Assembly: GCF_009914755.1 (NCBI RefSeq)
Contig: NC_060938.1
Origin: the human T2T-CHM13v2.0 reference genome, Homo sapiens
DNA length: 64,000 nt
Strand: one strand, 5' to 3'
In this document: positions 15,401 through 32,300 of the stretch, piece after piece
Position numbering within the stretch: position 1 is the stretch's first letter
Layout: each line of letters begins with the position of its first letter
Notes under the pieces: model-generated
The model's database searches: none
What the model saw: only the letters and a program-made list of their open reading frames with translations
What the model was told of the DNA's origin: nothing
Made by a program: the position numbers and the translations under genes

Positions 15401-18400
15401 ATACATATTACATACTGTACATAAAATATCAAAGTACACCAAATACATGTTATATACTTTACATAAAATATCTAAGTACACCAAATTCATATTATATACT
15501 GTACATAAAATATGAAAGTAAACCAAATGCATATTATATACTACACAAAAAAATTGAAAGCACACCAAATTCATATTTTATACTGTACATAAAATAACAA
15601 GGGACACAAAATAAGTATTATACACTGTACATAGAGTATCAAAGTACACAAAATACATATTATACACTGTACATAAAATATCAATGTACACAAAATACAA
15701 ATTATATACTGTACATAAAATATAAACTATACCAAAAACATATTCTATACTGTACATAAAATATCAAAGTACACAAAATACACATTATATACTTTACATA
15801 GTTTATCAAAGTACACAAAATACATATAAAATGTACATAAAATGTCAAAGTTACACAAAATACATATTATATACCATAGATAAAATATCAAAGTACACAA
15901 AATACATACGATATAGAGTACACAGAATATAAAAGTACACCAAATACATATTATATGCTGTACATAAGATATCAAAAAGTGCAGAGAATTCATAATATAT
16001 ACTGTATATAAAATATCAGAGTACACTAAATACATATTATATACTGTACATAAAATATAAAAGTACACAGAATACATATTATATACTGTATATAAAATAT
16101 GAAAGTACACAAAATACATATTATATACTGTACATAAAATATCAAACAGTACACCAAATACATCCTATATACTGTTCATAAAGTATCAAAAATTACACCA
16201 AATACATATTGTATAGTGAACATAAAGTATAAAAAGGACACCAAATACATATTATATACTCTACATATAATATCAAAATGTACAACAAATAGATATTATA
16301 TAATCTCCATAAAATATCAAAGTACAAAAAATACATGTATTGTGTGCATAAAATATCAAGTTACACAAAATACTTATGATATACTGTACAGAAAATATCA
16401 AAGTACACAGAATACATATTATATACTGTACATAAAATATCAAAGTACACAAAATACATATTATATACTGTATATAAGATATCAAACAGTACACCAAATA
16501 CTTATTATATACTGTACATAATATATCAAACAGTACACCATATACATATTATATACTGTACACAAAGTATCAAAAATTACACCAAATACATATTATATAC
16601 TGTACATATAATATCAAAATGTGCACCAAATACATAATCTATACTGTACATAAAATATCAAAAAGTACACCAAATACATATTATATACTGTTCATAAAAT
16701 ATCAAAAACTACACCAAATTCATAGTATATACTTTACATAATATATCAAAGTACAAAAAATACATATTATATTGTGTACAGAAAATATAAAGGTACACAA
16801 AATACTTATTATATACTCTACATAAAATATCAGATTTCACAAAATACATATTGTATACCGCACAAAAAATATCAAAGTACACCAAATACATATTTTACAC
16901 TGTATATAAAATATCAAAGTACAACAAATACATATTAGGCACTGTACATAAAATATAAAATTACACAAAATACGTATTATATACTGTACATAAAATATAA
17001 AATACACAAAAAATATATTATATACTCTACATAAAATATCAAATAGTACACCAAATACATATTATATACTGTACATAATGTATCAAAAGGTACACCAAAT
17101 ACTTATTATATACTGTACATAGTATCAAAAAGTACACCAAACACATATTATATAATGTATATAAAATATCAAAATGTATACCAAATATATATTATATACT
17201 GTAAATAAATTATCCAAAAGTACACCAAATACACATTATATACTGTATATAAAATATCAAAATGTATACCAAATACATATTTTATACTGTATATAAAATA
17301 TCAAAAATTACAACAAATACATATTATATACTGTACATAAAATATCAAAAAGTACACCAAATACATATAATACACCATACATAAAAAATCTTAAAGTACA
17401 CCAAATACATATTGTGTACTGTACATAGAATATCAAAGTTCACAAAATACATATTATATACCGCACATAAAATATCAAAGGACACTAAATACATATTTTA
17501 CACTGTACATAAAATATCAAACTACAACAAATACATATTATGCACTGTACATAAAATATCAGAGTACACAAAATCATATTATATACTGTACATAAAATAA
17601 CAAAGTACACAAAATACATATTATATACTTTACATAATATATCAAAGTACACAAAATATATATATACTGTACATAAGTGAAAGTTACACAAAATACATAT
17701 TATATACCGTAGATAAAATATCAAAGTACACAAAATACATATTATATACAGTACATAAAATATCAAAGTACACCAAATACATATTATATACTGTACATAA
17801 GATATCAAAAAGTACACAGAAATCATGATATATACTTTATATAAAATATCAAAGTACATAAAATACATATTATATACACTACATGAAGTATCAAAAAGTA
17901 CACAAAATACATATTATATAATGTACATAAAATATCAAACAGTACACCAAATACATATTATATACTGTACATAAAGTATCAAAAGGTACACCAAATACAT
18001 ACTATATACTGTACATAATATATCAAAGTTCAAAAAATACATATTATATTGTGTTCATAAAATATCAAGTACACAAAATACATATTATATACTGTACGGA
18101 AAATATCAAATAGTGTACCAAATATTTATTATATATTATAAATAAAATACCAAATAGTACACCAAATATATATTACATTCTCTATATAAAATAACAAAAT
18201 ATACAACAAATACATATTATATACTGTACATATATTATCAATCACTACACGAAATACTTATTATAAACTTTACCTAAAATATCAAAGTACAACGAATACA
18301 TTTCATATACTGCACATAAAATATCAAATAGTACACCAAATACATATTATATACAGTACATAAAATATGAATGTACACAAAATACATATTATATACTGTA

Positions 18401-20320
18401 CATAAAATATCGAAGTACACAAAATACATATTATATACTGTACAGAAAATATCAAAGTACACAAAATACATATTATATACTATACATAATATATCAAAGT
18501 ACACAAAATACATATATACTGTACATAAAATGTGAAAGTTACAGAAAATACATATTATATAAGATAGATAAAATATCAAAGTACACAAAATACATTTTCT
18601 ATAAAGTACATAAAATATCAAAGAACACCAAATACATATTATATACTGTACATAAGATATCAAAAAGTACACAGAATTCATAATACATTCTGTATATAAA
18701 ATATCAAAGTACACTAAATACATATTATTTAGTGTACATAAAATATAAAAGTACACAGAATACATATTATATACTGTACATAAGATATCAAAGTGTACAC
18801 GAAATACATATTATATACTGTACATAAAATATCAAAAAGTACACCAAATACATATTATATATTGTACATAAAATATCAAAAACTACACCAAACACATATT
18901 ATATACTGTACATAATATATCAAAGTACAAAAAATACATATTATATTGTGTACATAAAATATCAAGGTACACAAAATACATATTATATACTGTATATAAA
19001 ATATCAAATTTCACAAAATACATATTGTATACCACACATAAGATATGAAAGTACACTAAATACATATTTTACACTGTTTATAATATATCAAAGTACAACA
19101 AAAACATATTATACACTGTACATAAAATATAAAAGTACGCAAAATAAATATTACATTCTGTACATAAAATATAAAAGTACACAAAAAACATATTATATAC
19201 TCTACATAAAATATCAAATAGTACACCAAATACACATTATATACTGTACATAATGAATCAAAGGGTATACCAAATACATATTATATACTGTACATAAATT
19301 ATCAAAAAGTAAACCAAATACATATTATATAACGTACATAAAATATCAAAAAGTACACCAAATACATACTATATACAGTACATAAAATATGAATGTACAC
19401 AAAATACAAATTATATACTGTACATAAAATTTCAAAGTACACAAAATATATATTATATACTGTACATAAAATATCAAAGTACACAAAATACATATTATAT
19501 ACTTTACATAATATATCAAAGTCCACAAAATACATATATACTGAACAAAAAATATCAACGTTACACAAAATACATATTATATACCGTAGATAAAATATCA
19601 AAGTACACAGAATACATGTTATATACTGTACATAAGATATCAAACAGTACACAAAATACATATTACATACTGTACGTAAAGTATCAAAAATTACACCAAA
19701 TACATATTATATCCTGTACATATAATATCAAAATGTACACCAAGTACATATTATATACTGTACATAAAATATCAAAAAGTACACCAAATACATAATATAT
19801 ACTGTACATAAAATATCAGAATCTACACGAAATACATAGTATATACTCTACATAATATATGAAAGTGCAAAAAATACATATTATATAGTGTACATAGAAC
19901 ATCAAGGTACACAAAATACATATTATATAATGTACATAAAATATCAAAATTCACAAAATACATATTGTATACCGCACATAAAATATCAAAGTACACTAAA
20001 TCCATATTTTACACTGTACATAAAATATCAAAGTACAACAAATACATATTATGAACTGTACAGAAAAAATAAAAGTACACCAAATACATATTATATACTG
20101 TACATAAAATATAAAAGCACACAAATATCATATTATATACTCTACATAAAATATCAAATAGTACACCAAATACATATTATTTACTGTACATAAAGTATCA
20201 AAAGGTACACCAAATACATATTATATACTGTAAATAAATTATCAAAAAGTACACAAAATACACATTATACACTGTGCATAAAATATTAAAAAATTACACC
20301 AAATACATATTATATACTGT
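9446..20320 (+). repeat. HSat1A (SAR) 42-bp AT-rich satellite, orientation 1
   Basis: Monomer ACATAAAATATCAAAGT + AC(C/A)CAAA(C/A)TATATATTATATACTGT (17+25 bp, two GTAC sites), the classical satellite I repeat. Confidence 0.95.
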
Positions 20321-20374
20321 ATATAATATATATATAGTATATACATGTACTATAAATATATATATATAAATATG

Positions 20375-23300
20375 GTACAATATGTGTATTTTTGATATTT
20401 TATGTACAGTAGATAATATATATTTGGGGTACTTTTATATTTTAGGTACAGTATATAATATACATTTGGAGTACCTTGATATATTATGTAAAGAATATAA
20501 TATATATTTGATGTACCTTCATATTTTATGTCCAGTATATAATATATAGATTTGGTACTTTGATATTTTATGTACAATAAATAATATATAGCTTGAGTAC
20601 TTTGATTTTTATGTACAGTTTATTATAAATTTTTGGGTACTTTCATATTTTATATACAGAATATAATACATAATTTGGGTGCTTTGATATATTCTGTATA
20701 GTATATAAAATATACTTTTTGTAATTTGATATATTATGTACAGTATATAATATATATTTTGTGTACTTTGAAATTTTGTGTACAGTATATAATATATATT
20801 TGGGGTAATTTTATATTTTATGTACAGTATATAATATGTATTTGGTATACATTGATATTTTATGTACAAAATATAATATATACTTTGGGTAGTTTTATAT
20901 TTTATGTATAGTATGTAATATATAGTTTGAGTACTTTGATATATTATGAACAGTTTATTATAAATGTTTGTGTACTTTCATATTTTATGTACGGTACATA
21001 ATACATACTTTGGCTACTTTGATATTTTATATACAGTATATAATATATATTTTGGGTTCTTTGATATTTTCTTCCAGTATAAAATATATAGATTTGGTAC
21101 TTTGATATTTTATGTACAGTATATAATATATACTTTGGGTACTTTGATATTTTATGTACAGTATACAATACTTACTTTGGGTACTTTGATATTTTATGTG
21201 CAGCATATAAGATATATTTTTGTACTTTCAGATTTTATGTACGGAATATAATATACATTTGATGTAACTTCATATTTTATGTTCAGTATATAATATATAT
21301 TTGGGCGAACTTAATAGATTACGTACAGTATATAATATATATTTTGGCGACTTTAATATATTATGTACAGTATATAATATATTTTGGTGTACTTTGATAT
21401 TTTATGTACAGAATGTAATATATATTTGATGTACCTTCATATTTTATGTACAGTACATAATGTATATTTTGTGTAATTTGATATTTTATGTACAGTATAT
21501 AATATACACTTTGGGTACTTTGATATTTTATGTAATGTATAGAATATATATTTTGAGTACTTTGTTATTTTATGTACAGTTTATTATAAATGTTTGGGTA
21601 TTTCATAATTCATGTACAGTATATTATAAATATTTTGAGTACTTTTATATTTTATGTACAGTATATAATATATATTTGGTGTAATGTGATATTTTATGTA
21701 CAGAATATAATATGTATTTGATATACCTTCATATTTTATGTACAGTATATAATATATATTTTGGGTACTTTGATATTTTATGTACAGTATATAATATATG
21801 TTTGGTGTAATTTGATAATTTATGTACAGTATATAACACATACTTTGGGTATTTTGATATTTTATGTACAGTATATAATATTTACTTTGGGTACTTTCAT
21901 AATTTATGGGCAGTATATAATATCCAATTTGGGTACTTTGATATTTTATGTACAGTATATAATATATAGTTTGAGTAATTTGTTATTTTATGTACCGTTT
22001 ATTATAAATGTTTGGGTACTTTCATAATTTATGTACAGTATATTATACATATTTTGGGTACTTTGATATTTTATGTACAATATATAATATCTATTTGGCG
22101 TAGTTTGATCTTTTATGTACAGTATATAATACACACTTTGTGTACTTTTATATTTTATGTACAGTATGTAATATATATTTTGGGTAGTTTGATATTTTAT
22201 GTATAGTATATAATATACTGTTTGAGTACTTTGATATTTTATGTACAGTATATAATATATAGTTTGAGTACTTTGTTATTTTATGCACAGTTTATTATAA
22301 ATGTTTGGGTACTTTCATAATTTATACACAGTATATTATACATAGTTTGGGTACTTTGATATTTTATGTACAGTATATAATATATATTTGGTGTAATGTG
22401 ATATTTTATGTACACAATAATATATATATTTGATGTACCTTCATATTTTATGTACAGTATATAATATATACTTTGTGTACTGTGATATTTTATGTACAGT
22501 ATATTATATATACTTTGGGTACTTTGATATTTTATGTGCAGCATATAATATACAGTTTGGGTACTTTGATATTTTATGTACAGTGTATAATATACAGTTT
22601 GGGTAGTTTGTTATTTTATGTACAGTTTATTATAAATGTTTGGATACTTACATAATTTATGTACACTATATTATACATATTTTGGGTACTTTGATAATTT
22701 ATGTACAGTATATAATACATACTTTGGGTACTTTGATATTTTCTGTGCAGCATATAACATATATTTGGTGTACTTTCAGATTTTATGTACAGAATATAAT
22801 ATATATTTTACGTACCTTCATATTTTATGTACAGTATATAATATGTATTTGGGGGACCTTAATATATTATGTACAGTATATAATATATATTTGGGCGACT
22901 TTAATATATTATGTACACTATATAATATATTTTGGTGTCCTTTCAGATTTTATGTACAGAATATAGTACATACTTTGGGTACTTTGATATTTTATGAACA
23001 GTATATAAAATATATTTTGGGTACTTTGATATTTCATGTACAGTATATAATATACAGTTTGGGTACTTTGATATTTTATGTACAGTTTATTATAAATGTT
23101 TGGGTACTTTCATAATTTATGTGTAGTATATTATACATCTTTTGGGTACTTTGATATTTTATGAACAGCATATAATATATACTTTGGGTACTTTGATATT
23201 TAATGTGCAGCATATAATATACAGTTTGGGTACTTTGATATTTTATGTACAGTATATAATATATATTTGGTGTAATGTGATATTTTATGTACAGAATAAT

Positions 23301-26300
23301 ATATATATTTGATGTACCTTCATATTTTATGTACAGTATGTAATATATACTTTGGGTACTTTGATATTTTATGTACAGTATATAATATATACTATGGGTA
23401 CTTTGATATTTTATGTGCAGCGTATAATATACAGTTTGGGTACTTTGATATTTTATGTACAGTATATAATATACGGTTGGGTAGTTTGTTATTTTATGTA
23501 CAGTTTATTATAAACGTTTGGGTACTTTCATAATTTATGTACAGTATATTATACATATTTTGGGTACTTTGATATTTTATGTACAGTATATAATACATAC
23601 TTTGGGTACTTTGATATTTTATGTGCAGCATACAATATATATTTGGTGTACTTTCAGATTTTATGTACAGAATATAATATATATTTGATGTACCTTTATA
23701 TATTATGTACAGTATATAATATATATTTGGGTGACCTTAATATATTATGTACAGTATATAATATATATTTGGGTGACTTTAATATATTATGTACAGTATA
23801 TAGTATATTTTGGTGTACTTTGATATTTTATGTACAGAATATAATATATATTTGATGTACCTTCATATTTTATGTACAGTACATAATATATATTTTGCGT
23901 ACTTTGATATTTTATGTACAGTATATAATATATAGTTTGAGTACTTTGTTATTTTATGTACAGTTTACTATAAATGTTTGGGTACTTTCATAATTTACGT
24001 ACAGTATATTATACTTATTTTGGGTACTTTGATATTTTATATACAGTACATAATATATATTTGGGGTAATGTGATATTTTATGTACAGAATAATATATAT
24101 ATTTGATGTATCTTCATATTTTATTTACAGTATATAATATATACTTTGGGTACTTTGATATTTTATGTACAGTATATAATATATATTTGGTGTACTTTGA
24201 TATTTTATTTACAAAATAAAATATATATTTGATGTACCTTCATATTTTATGTACAGTATATAATATATACATTGGGTACTTTGATATTTTATGTACAGTA
24301 TATAATATTTACTTTGGGTACTTTGATATTTTATGGACAGTATATAATATATAGTTTGAGAACTTTCTTACTTTATGTATAGTTTATTGTAAATGTTTGG
24401 GTACTTTCATAATTTATGTACAGTATATTATACATATTTTGGTTACTTTTATATTTTATGTACAGTACATAATATATATTTGGTGTACTTTGATATTTTA
24501 TGTAGAGAATATAATATATATTTGATGTACCTTCATATTTTATGTACAGAATATAATATACAATTTGGGTACTTTTATATTTTATGTACAGAATATAATA
24601 TTTACTTTGGGTACGTTGATATTTTATGTGCACTATATAATATCAGTTTGGGTACTTTGATATTTTATGTACAGTATATACTATGTATTTTGAGTACTTT
24701 GTTATTTTATGTACAGTTTATTATAAATGTTTGGGTACTTTCATAATTTATGTACAGTATATTATACATATTTTGGGTACTTTGATATTTTATGTACAGT
24801 ATATAATACATACTTTGGGTACTTTGATATTTTATGTACAGTATATAATACATATTTTGTGTACTTTGATATTTTATGTACAGTATATAATATACAGTTG
24901 GGTACTTTGATATTTTATGTAGAGTATATACTATATAGTTTGAGTGCTTTGTTATTTTATGTAGAGTTTATTATAAATGTTTGGGTACTTTCATAATTTA
25001 TGTACGGTATATTATACATATTTTGGGTACTTTGATATTTCATGTACAGTTTATAATATATATTTGGTGTAATGTGATATTTTATGTACAGAATAATATA
25101 TATATTTTATGTCCTTTCATATTTTATGTACAGTATATAATATATATTTGGGCGACCTTAATATATTATGTACAGTATATAATATATTTTTGTGTACTTT
25201 GATATTTTATGTACAGAATATAATATATATTTGATTTACCTTCATATTTTATGTACAGTACATAATATATATTTTGGGTAATTTGATATTTTATGTACAG
25301 TATATAATAAATATTTGGCGTACTTTGATATTTTATGTACAGGATATAATACATACTTTGGTTACTTTGATATTTTATGTACAGTATATAATATATATTT
25401 TGGGTACTTTGATATTTTATGTACAATATATAATATACAGTTTGGGTACTTTGATATTTTACGTACAGTATATAATATATAGTTTGAGTACTTTTTTATT
25501 TTATGTACAGTTTATTATAAATGTTTGGGTAATTTCATAATTTATGTATAGTATAGTATACATATTTTCGGTACTTTGATATTTTATGTACAGTATAGAA
25601 TATATATTTGGTGTAATGTTATATTTTATGTACAGAATAATATATATATTTGATGTACCTTCATATTTTATGTACAGTATATAATATATACTTTTAGTAC
25701 TTTGATATTTTATGTACAGTATATAATATATAGTTTGGGTTCTTTGATATTTTATGTGTATCATATAATATACAGTTTGGGTACTTTGATATTTTATGTA
25801 CAGTATATAATATACAGTTTGGGTAGTTTGTTATTTTATGTACAGTTTATTATAAATGCTTGGGTACTTTCATAATTTATGTACAGTAAACTATACATAT
25901 TTTGGGTATTTTTATATTTTATGTACAGTATATAATACATACTTTGGGTATTTGATATTTTATGTGCAGCATATAACATATATTTGGTGTACTTTCAGAT
26001 TTTATGTACAGAATATAATATATATTTTATGTACATTCGTATTTTTTGTACAGTATATAATATATATTTGGACGAACTTAATATATTATGTACAGTATAT
26101 AATATATATTTGGGTGACTTTAATATATTATGTACAGTATGTAATATATTTTGGTGTACTTTGATATTTTATGTACATAATATAATATATATTTGACGTA
26201 CCTTCATATTTTGTGTATAGTACATAATATATATTTTCGGTACTTTGATATTTTATGTACAGTATATAATATACAGTTTGGGTACTTTGATATTTTATGT

Positions 26301-29300
26301 ACAGTATATAATATATAGTTTGCGTACTTTGTTATTTTATGTACAGTTTATTATAAATGTATGGGTACTTTCATAATTTATGTACAGTATATTATACATA
26401 TTTTGGGTACTTTGATATTTTATGTACAGTATATAATATATATTTGGTGTAATTTGATATATTATGTACAGTATATAATACATACTTTGGGTACTTTGAT
26501 ATTTTATGTACAGTATAAAATACATACTTTGGGTAATTTGATATTTTATGTACAGTATATAATATATATTTGGCGTAGTTTGATATTTTATGTACAGTAT
26601 ATAATATATATTTTGGGTACTTTGATATTTTATGTACAGTATATAATATGCAGTTTGAGTAATTTGATATTTTATGTACAGTATATAATATATAGTTTGA
26701 GTACCTTGTTAGTTTACGTACAGTTTATTATAAATGTTTGGGTACTTTCATAATTTATATACAGTATATTATACATATTTTGTATACTTTGTTATTTTAT
26801 GTACCGTATATAATATATATTTGGTGTAATGTGATATTTTATGTACAGAATAATATATAGATTTGAGGTACCTTCATATTTTATGTACAGTATATAATAT
26901 ATACTTTGGGTACTTTGATATTTTATGTACAGTATATAACATTTACTTTGGGTACTTTGTTATTTTACGTACAGTTTATTGTAAATGTTTGGGTACTTTC
27001 ATAATTTATGTACTGTATATTATACATATTTTGGGTACTTTTATATTTTATGTACAGTACATAATATATATTTGGTGTACTTTGATATTTTATGTGCAGA
27101 ATGTAATATATATTTGATGTACCTTCATATTTTATGTACAGAATATAATATATACTTTGGGTACTTTGATATTTTATGTACAGTTTATAATATTTACTTT
27201 GGGTACTTTGATATTTTATGTGCAGTATATAATATCCAGTTTGGGTACTTTGATATTTTATGTACAGTATATAATAGGTAGTTTGAGTACTTTGTTATTT
27301 TATGTACAGTTTATTATAAATGTTTGGGTACTTTTATAATTTATGTACAGTATATTATACATATTTTGGGTACTTTGATATTTTATGTACAGTATATACT
27401 ACATACTTTGGGTATTTTGATATTTTATGTACAGTATATAATATATATTTTGGGTACTTTGATATTTTATGTACAGTATATAATATACAGTTTGGGTGCT
27501 TTCATATTTTATGTACAGTATATACTATATAGTTTGATTACTTTGTTATTTTATGTAAAGTTTATTTTAAATGTTTGGGTACTTTCATAATTTATGTACA
27601 GTATATTATACATATTTTGAGTACTTTGATATTTCATGTACAGTATATAATATATGTTTGGTGTAATGTGATATTTAATGTACAGAATAATATATATATT
27701 TGATGTACCTTCATATTTTATGTACAGTATATAATATATAATTTGGGTACTTCGATATTTTATGTACAATATATAATATATATTCGGGTACTTTGAAATT
27801 TTATGTGCAGCATATCATATACAGTTTGGGTACTTTGGTATTTTATGTACAGTATATAATATACAGTTTGGGTAGATTGCTATTTTATGTACAGTTTATT
27901 ATAAATGTTTGGTTACTTTCATAATTTATGTTCAATATATTATACATATTTTGGGTACTTTGATATTTTATGTACAGTATATAATACATACTTTGGGTAC
28001 TTTGATATTTTCTGTGCAGTATATAACATATATTTGGTGTACTTTCAGATTTTATGTACAGAATATAATATATATTTGATGTACCTTCATATTTTATGTA
28101 CAGTATATAATATATATTTGGGCGACCTTAATATATTATGTACAGTATATAATATGTATTTGGGTGACTTTAATATATTATGTTCAGTACATAGTATATT
28201 TTAGTGTACTTTGATATTTTATGTACAGTGTATAATATTTACTTTGGGTACTTTGATATTTTATGTGCAGTATATAATATCCAATTTGGGTACTTTGATA
28301 TTTTATGTACAGTATATAATATGCATTTTGAGTACTTTGTTGTTTTATGTACAGTTTATTATAAATGTTTGGTTACTTTCATAATTTATGTACAGTATAT
28401 TATACATATTTTGGGTACTTTGATATTTTATGTACAGTATATAATATATATTTGGGTACTTTGATATTTTATGTACTGTATAGAATATATAGAGTGCGTT
28501 GTTATTTTATGTACAGTTTATTATAAATGTTTGGGTACTTTCATAATTTACGTACAGTATATTATACATATTTTGAGTACTTTGATATTTTATGTACAGT
28601 ATATTATACATATTTTGGGTACTTTGATATTTTATGTACAGTATATAATATATATTTGGTGTAATGTGATATTTTATGTACAGAATAATATATATATTTG
28701 ATGTACCTTCATATTTTATGTACAGTATATAATATATACTATGGGTACTTTGATATTTTATGTACAGTATATAATATATGCTTTGGGTACTTTGATATTT
28801 TATGTGCAGCATATAAGATACAGTTTGGGTACTTTGATATTTTATGTACAGTATGTAATACATACATTGGGTACTTTGATATTTTATGTACAGTATACAA
28901 TATATACTTTGGGTACTTTGATATTTTATGTACAGTATATAATACATATTTTGGGTACATTGATATTTTATGTACAGTATATAATATATATTTTGGGTAC
29001 TTTGGTATTTTATGTGCAGCATATAATATACAGATTGGGTACTTTGATATTTTATGTACAGTATATAATATACACTTTGGGTAGTTTGATATTTTATGTA
29101 CTGAATAGAATATATAGTTTGAGTACTTTGTTATTTTATCTACCGTTTATTATAAATGTTTGGGTACTTTCATAATTTATGTAAAGTATATTATACATAT
29201 TTTGGGTACTTTGATATTTTATGTACAGTATATAATACATACTTTGGGTACTTTGATATTTTATGTGCAGCATATAACATATATTTGGTGTACTTTCAGA

Positions 29301-32300
29301 TTTCATGTACAGAATATAATATATATTTGATATACCTTCATATTTTATGTACAGTATATAATATATATTTGGGCGACCTTAATATATTATGTACAGTATA
29401 TAATATATATTTGGGTGACTTTAATATATTATGTACAGTATATAATATATTTTGGTGTACTTTGATATTTTATGTACAGAATATAATATATATTTGATGT
29501 AACTTCATATTTTATGGACAGTACATAATATATATTTTGGGTACTTTGATATTTTATGTACAGTATATACTATATAGTTTGATTACTTTGTTATTTTATG
29601 TAAAGTTTATTTTAAATGTTTGGGTACTTTCATAATTTATGTACAGTACATAATATATACTTTGGGTACTTTGATATTTTATGTACAGTATATAATATAT
29701 AGTTAGGGTACTTTGATATTTTATGTACAGTATAGAATATATAGTTTGAGTACTTTGTTATTTTATGTACAGTTTATTATAAATGTTTGGGTACTTTCAT
29801 AATTTATGTAGAGGATATTATACATATTTTGGGTACTTTGATATTTTATGTACAGTATATAATATATATTTGGTGTAATGTGATATTTTATCTACAGAAT
29901 AATATGTATATTGGATGTACCTTCATATTTTATGTACAGTATGTAATATATACTTTGGGTACTTTGATATTTTATGTGCAGTGTATAATACACAGTTTGG
30001 GTACTTTGATATTTTATGTAGAGCATATAATATACAGTTTGGGTAGTCTGTTATTTTATGTACACTTTATTATAAATGTTTGGGTACTTTCATAATTTAT
30101 GTACAGTATATTATACATATTTTGGGTACTTTGATATTTTATGTACAGTATATAATACATACTTTGGGTACTTTGATATTTTATGTGCAGCATATAACAT
30201 ATATTTGGTGTACTTTCAGATTTTTTGTACAGAATATAATATATATTTGATGTACCTTAATATTTTATATACAGTATATAATATATATTTGGGCGACCTT
30301 AATATATTATCTACAGTATATAATATATATTTGGGGGACTTTAATATATTATGTACAGTATATAATATATTTTGGTGTATTTTGATATTTTATGTACAGA
30401 ATATAATATATATTTGAAGTAACTTCATATTTTATATACAGTACATAATACATATTTTTGGTACTTTGATATTTTATGTACAGTATATAATATACAGTTT
30501 GGGTACTTTGATATTTTATGTACAGTATAGAATATATAGTTTGAGTACTTTGTTATTTTATGTACAGTTTACTATAAATGTTTGGGTACTTTCATAATTC
30601 ATGTATAGTATATTATACATATTTTGGGTAATTTGATATTTTATGTACAGTATATAATATATATTTGGTGTAATGTGATATTTTATGTACAGAATAATAT
30701 ATATATTTGATGTACCTTCATATTTTATGTACAGTATGTAATATATACTTTGGGTACTTTGATATTTTATGTACAGTATATAATATATACTTTGGGTACT
30801 TTGATATTTTATGTGCAGCATATAATATACAGTTTGGGTACTTTGATATTTTATGTACTTTATATAATATACAGTTTGGGTAGTTTGTTATTTTATGTAC
30901 AGTTTATTATAAATGTTTGGGTAATTTCATAATTTATGTACAGTACATAAAATATATTTTGGGTACTTTGATATTTTATGTACAGTATATAATATATATT
31001 TGGTGTAATGCGATATTTTATGTACAGAATAATATATATATTTGGTGTACCTTCATATTTTATGTACAGTATATTATATATACTTTGGGTACTTTGATAT
31101 TTTATGTACAGTATATAAGATATATTTGGGTGACCTTAATATATTATGTACAGTATATAATATATTTTGGTGTACTTTGATATTTTTTGTAAAAAACATA
31201 ATATATATTTGATGTACCTTCATATTTTATGTACAGTACATAATATATATTTTGGGTACTTTTATATTTTATGTACAGTATATAATATACAGTTTGGGTA
31301 CTTTGATATTTTATATACAGTATATAATATATAGTTTGAGTACTTTGTTATTTTATGTACAGTTTATTATAAATGTTTGGGTACTTTCATAATTTATGTA
31401 CAGTGTATTATACATATTTTGGGTACTTTGATATTTTATGTACAGTATATAATATATACTTGGTGTAATGTGATATTTTATGTACAGAATAATATATATA
31501 TTTGATGTACCTTCATATTTTATGTACAGTATATAGTATATATTTGGTGTACTTTGATATTTTATGTACAGAATACAATATGAATTTGAAGTACCTTCAT
31601 ATTTTATATACAGTATACAATATATATTTGGGCGATTTAATATATTATGTACAGTACATAATATATATTAGGTGTACTTTGATATTTTATGTACAGGATA
31701 TAATATATATTTGATGTACCTTCATATTTTATGTACAGTATGTAGTGTATATTTTGGGTACTTTGATATTTTATGTACAGTATACAATATATATTTCAGG
31801 TACTTTGATATTTTATATACAGTATATAATAATAAACAGATTGGGTAGTTTGATAATTTATGTACAGTATATGATATATAGTTTGAGTACTTTGATATTT
31901 TATGTACAGTTTATTATAAATGTTTTGTTACTTTCATATTTTATGTACAGTATATAATGCATATTTTGGGTACTCTGATATTTTACGTACAGTATATAAT
32001 ACATAATTTGGGTACTTTGATATTTTATGTACAGTATGTAATATATATTTTGAGTATTTGGATATTTTATGTACAGTATATAATGTTTATTTTGGGTCCT
32101 TTGATATTTTATGTACAGTATATAATATGTATTATGGGAACTTTGATATTTTATGTACAGTATATAATATATATTTGGGTTACTTTTATATTTTATGTAC
32201 AGTATACAATATGCATTTTGGCTACTTTGAGATTTTATGTACAGTTTACAATATATATTTTGGGTACTTTGATATTTTATGGACAGTATATAATACACAG

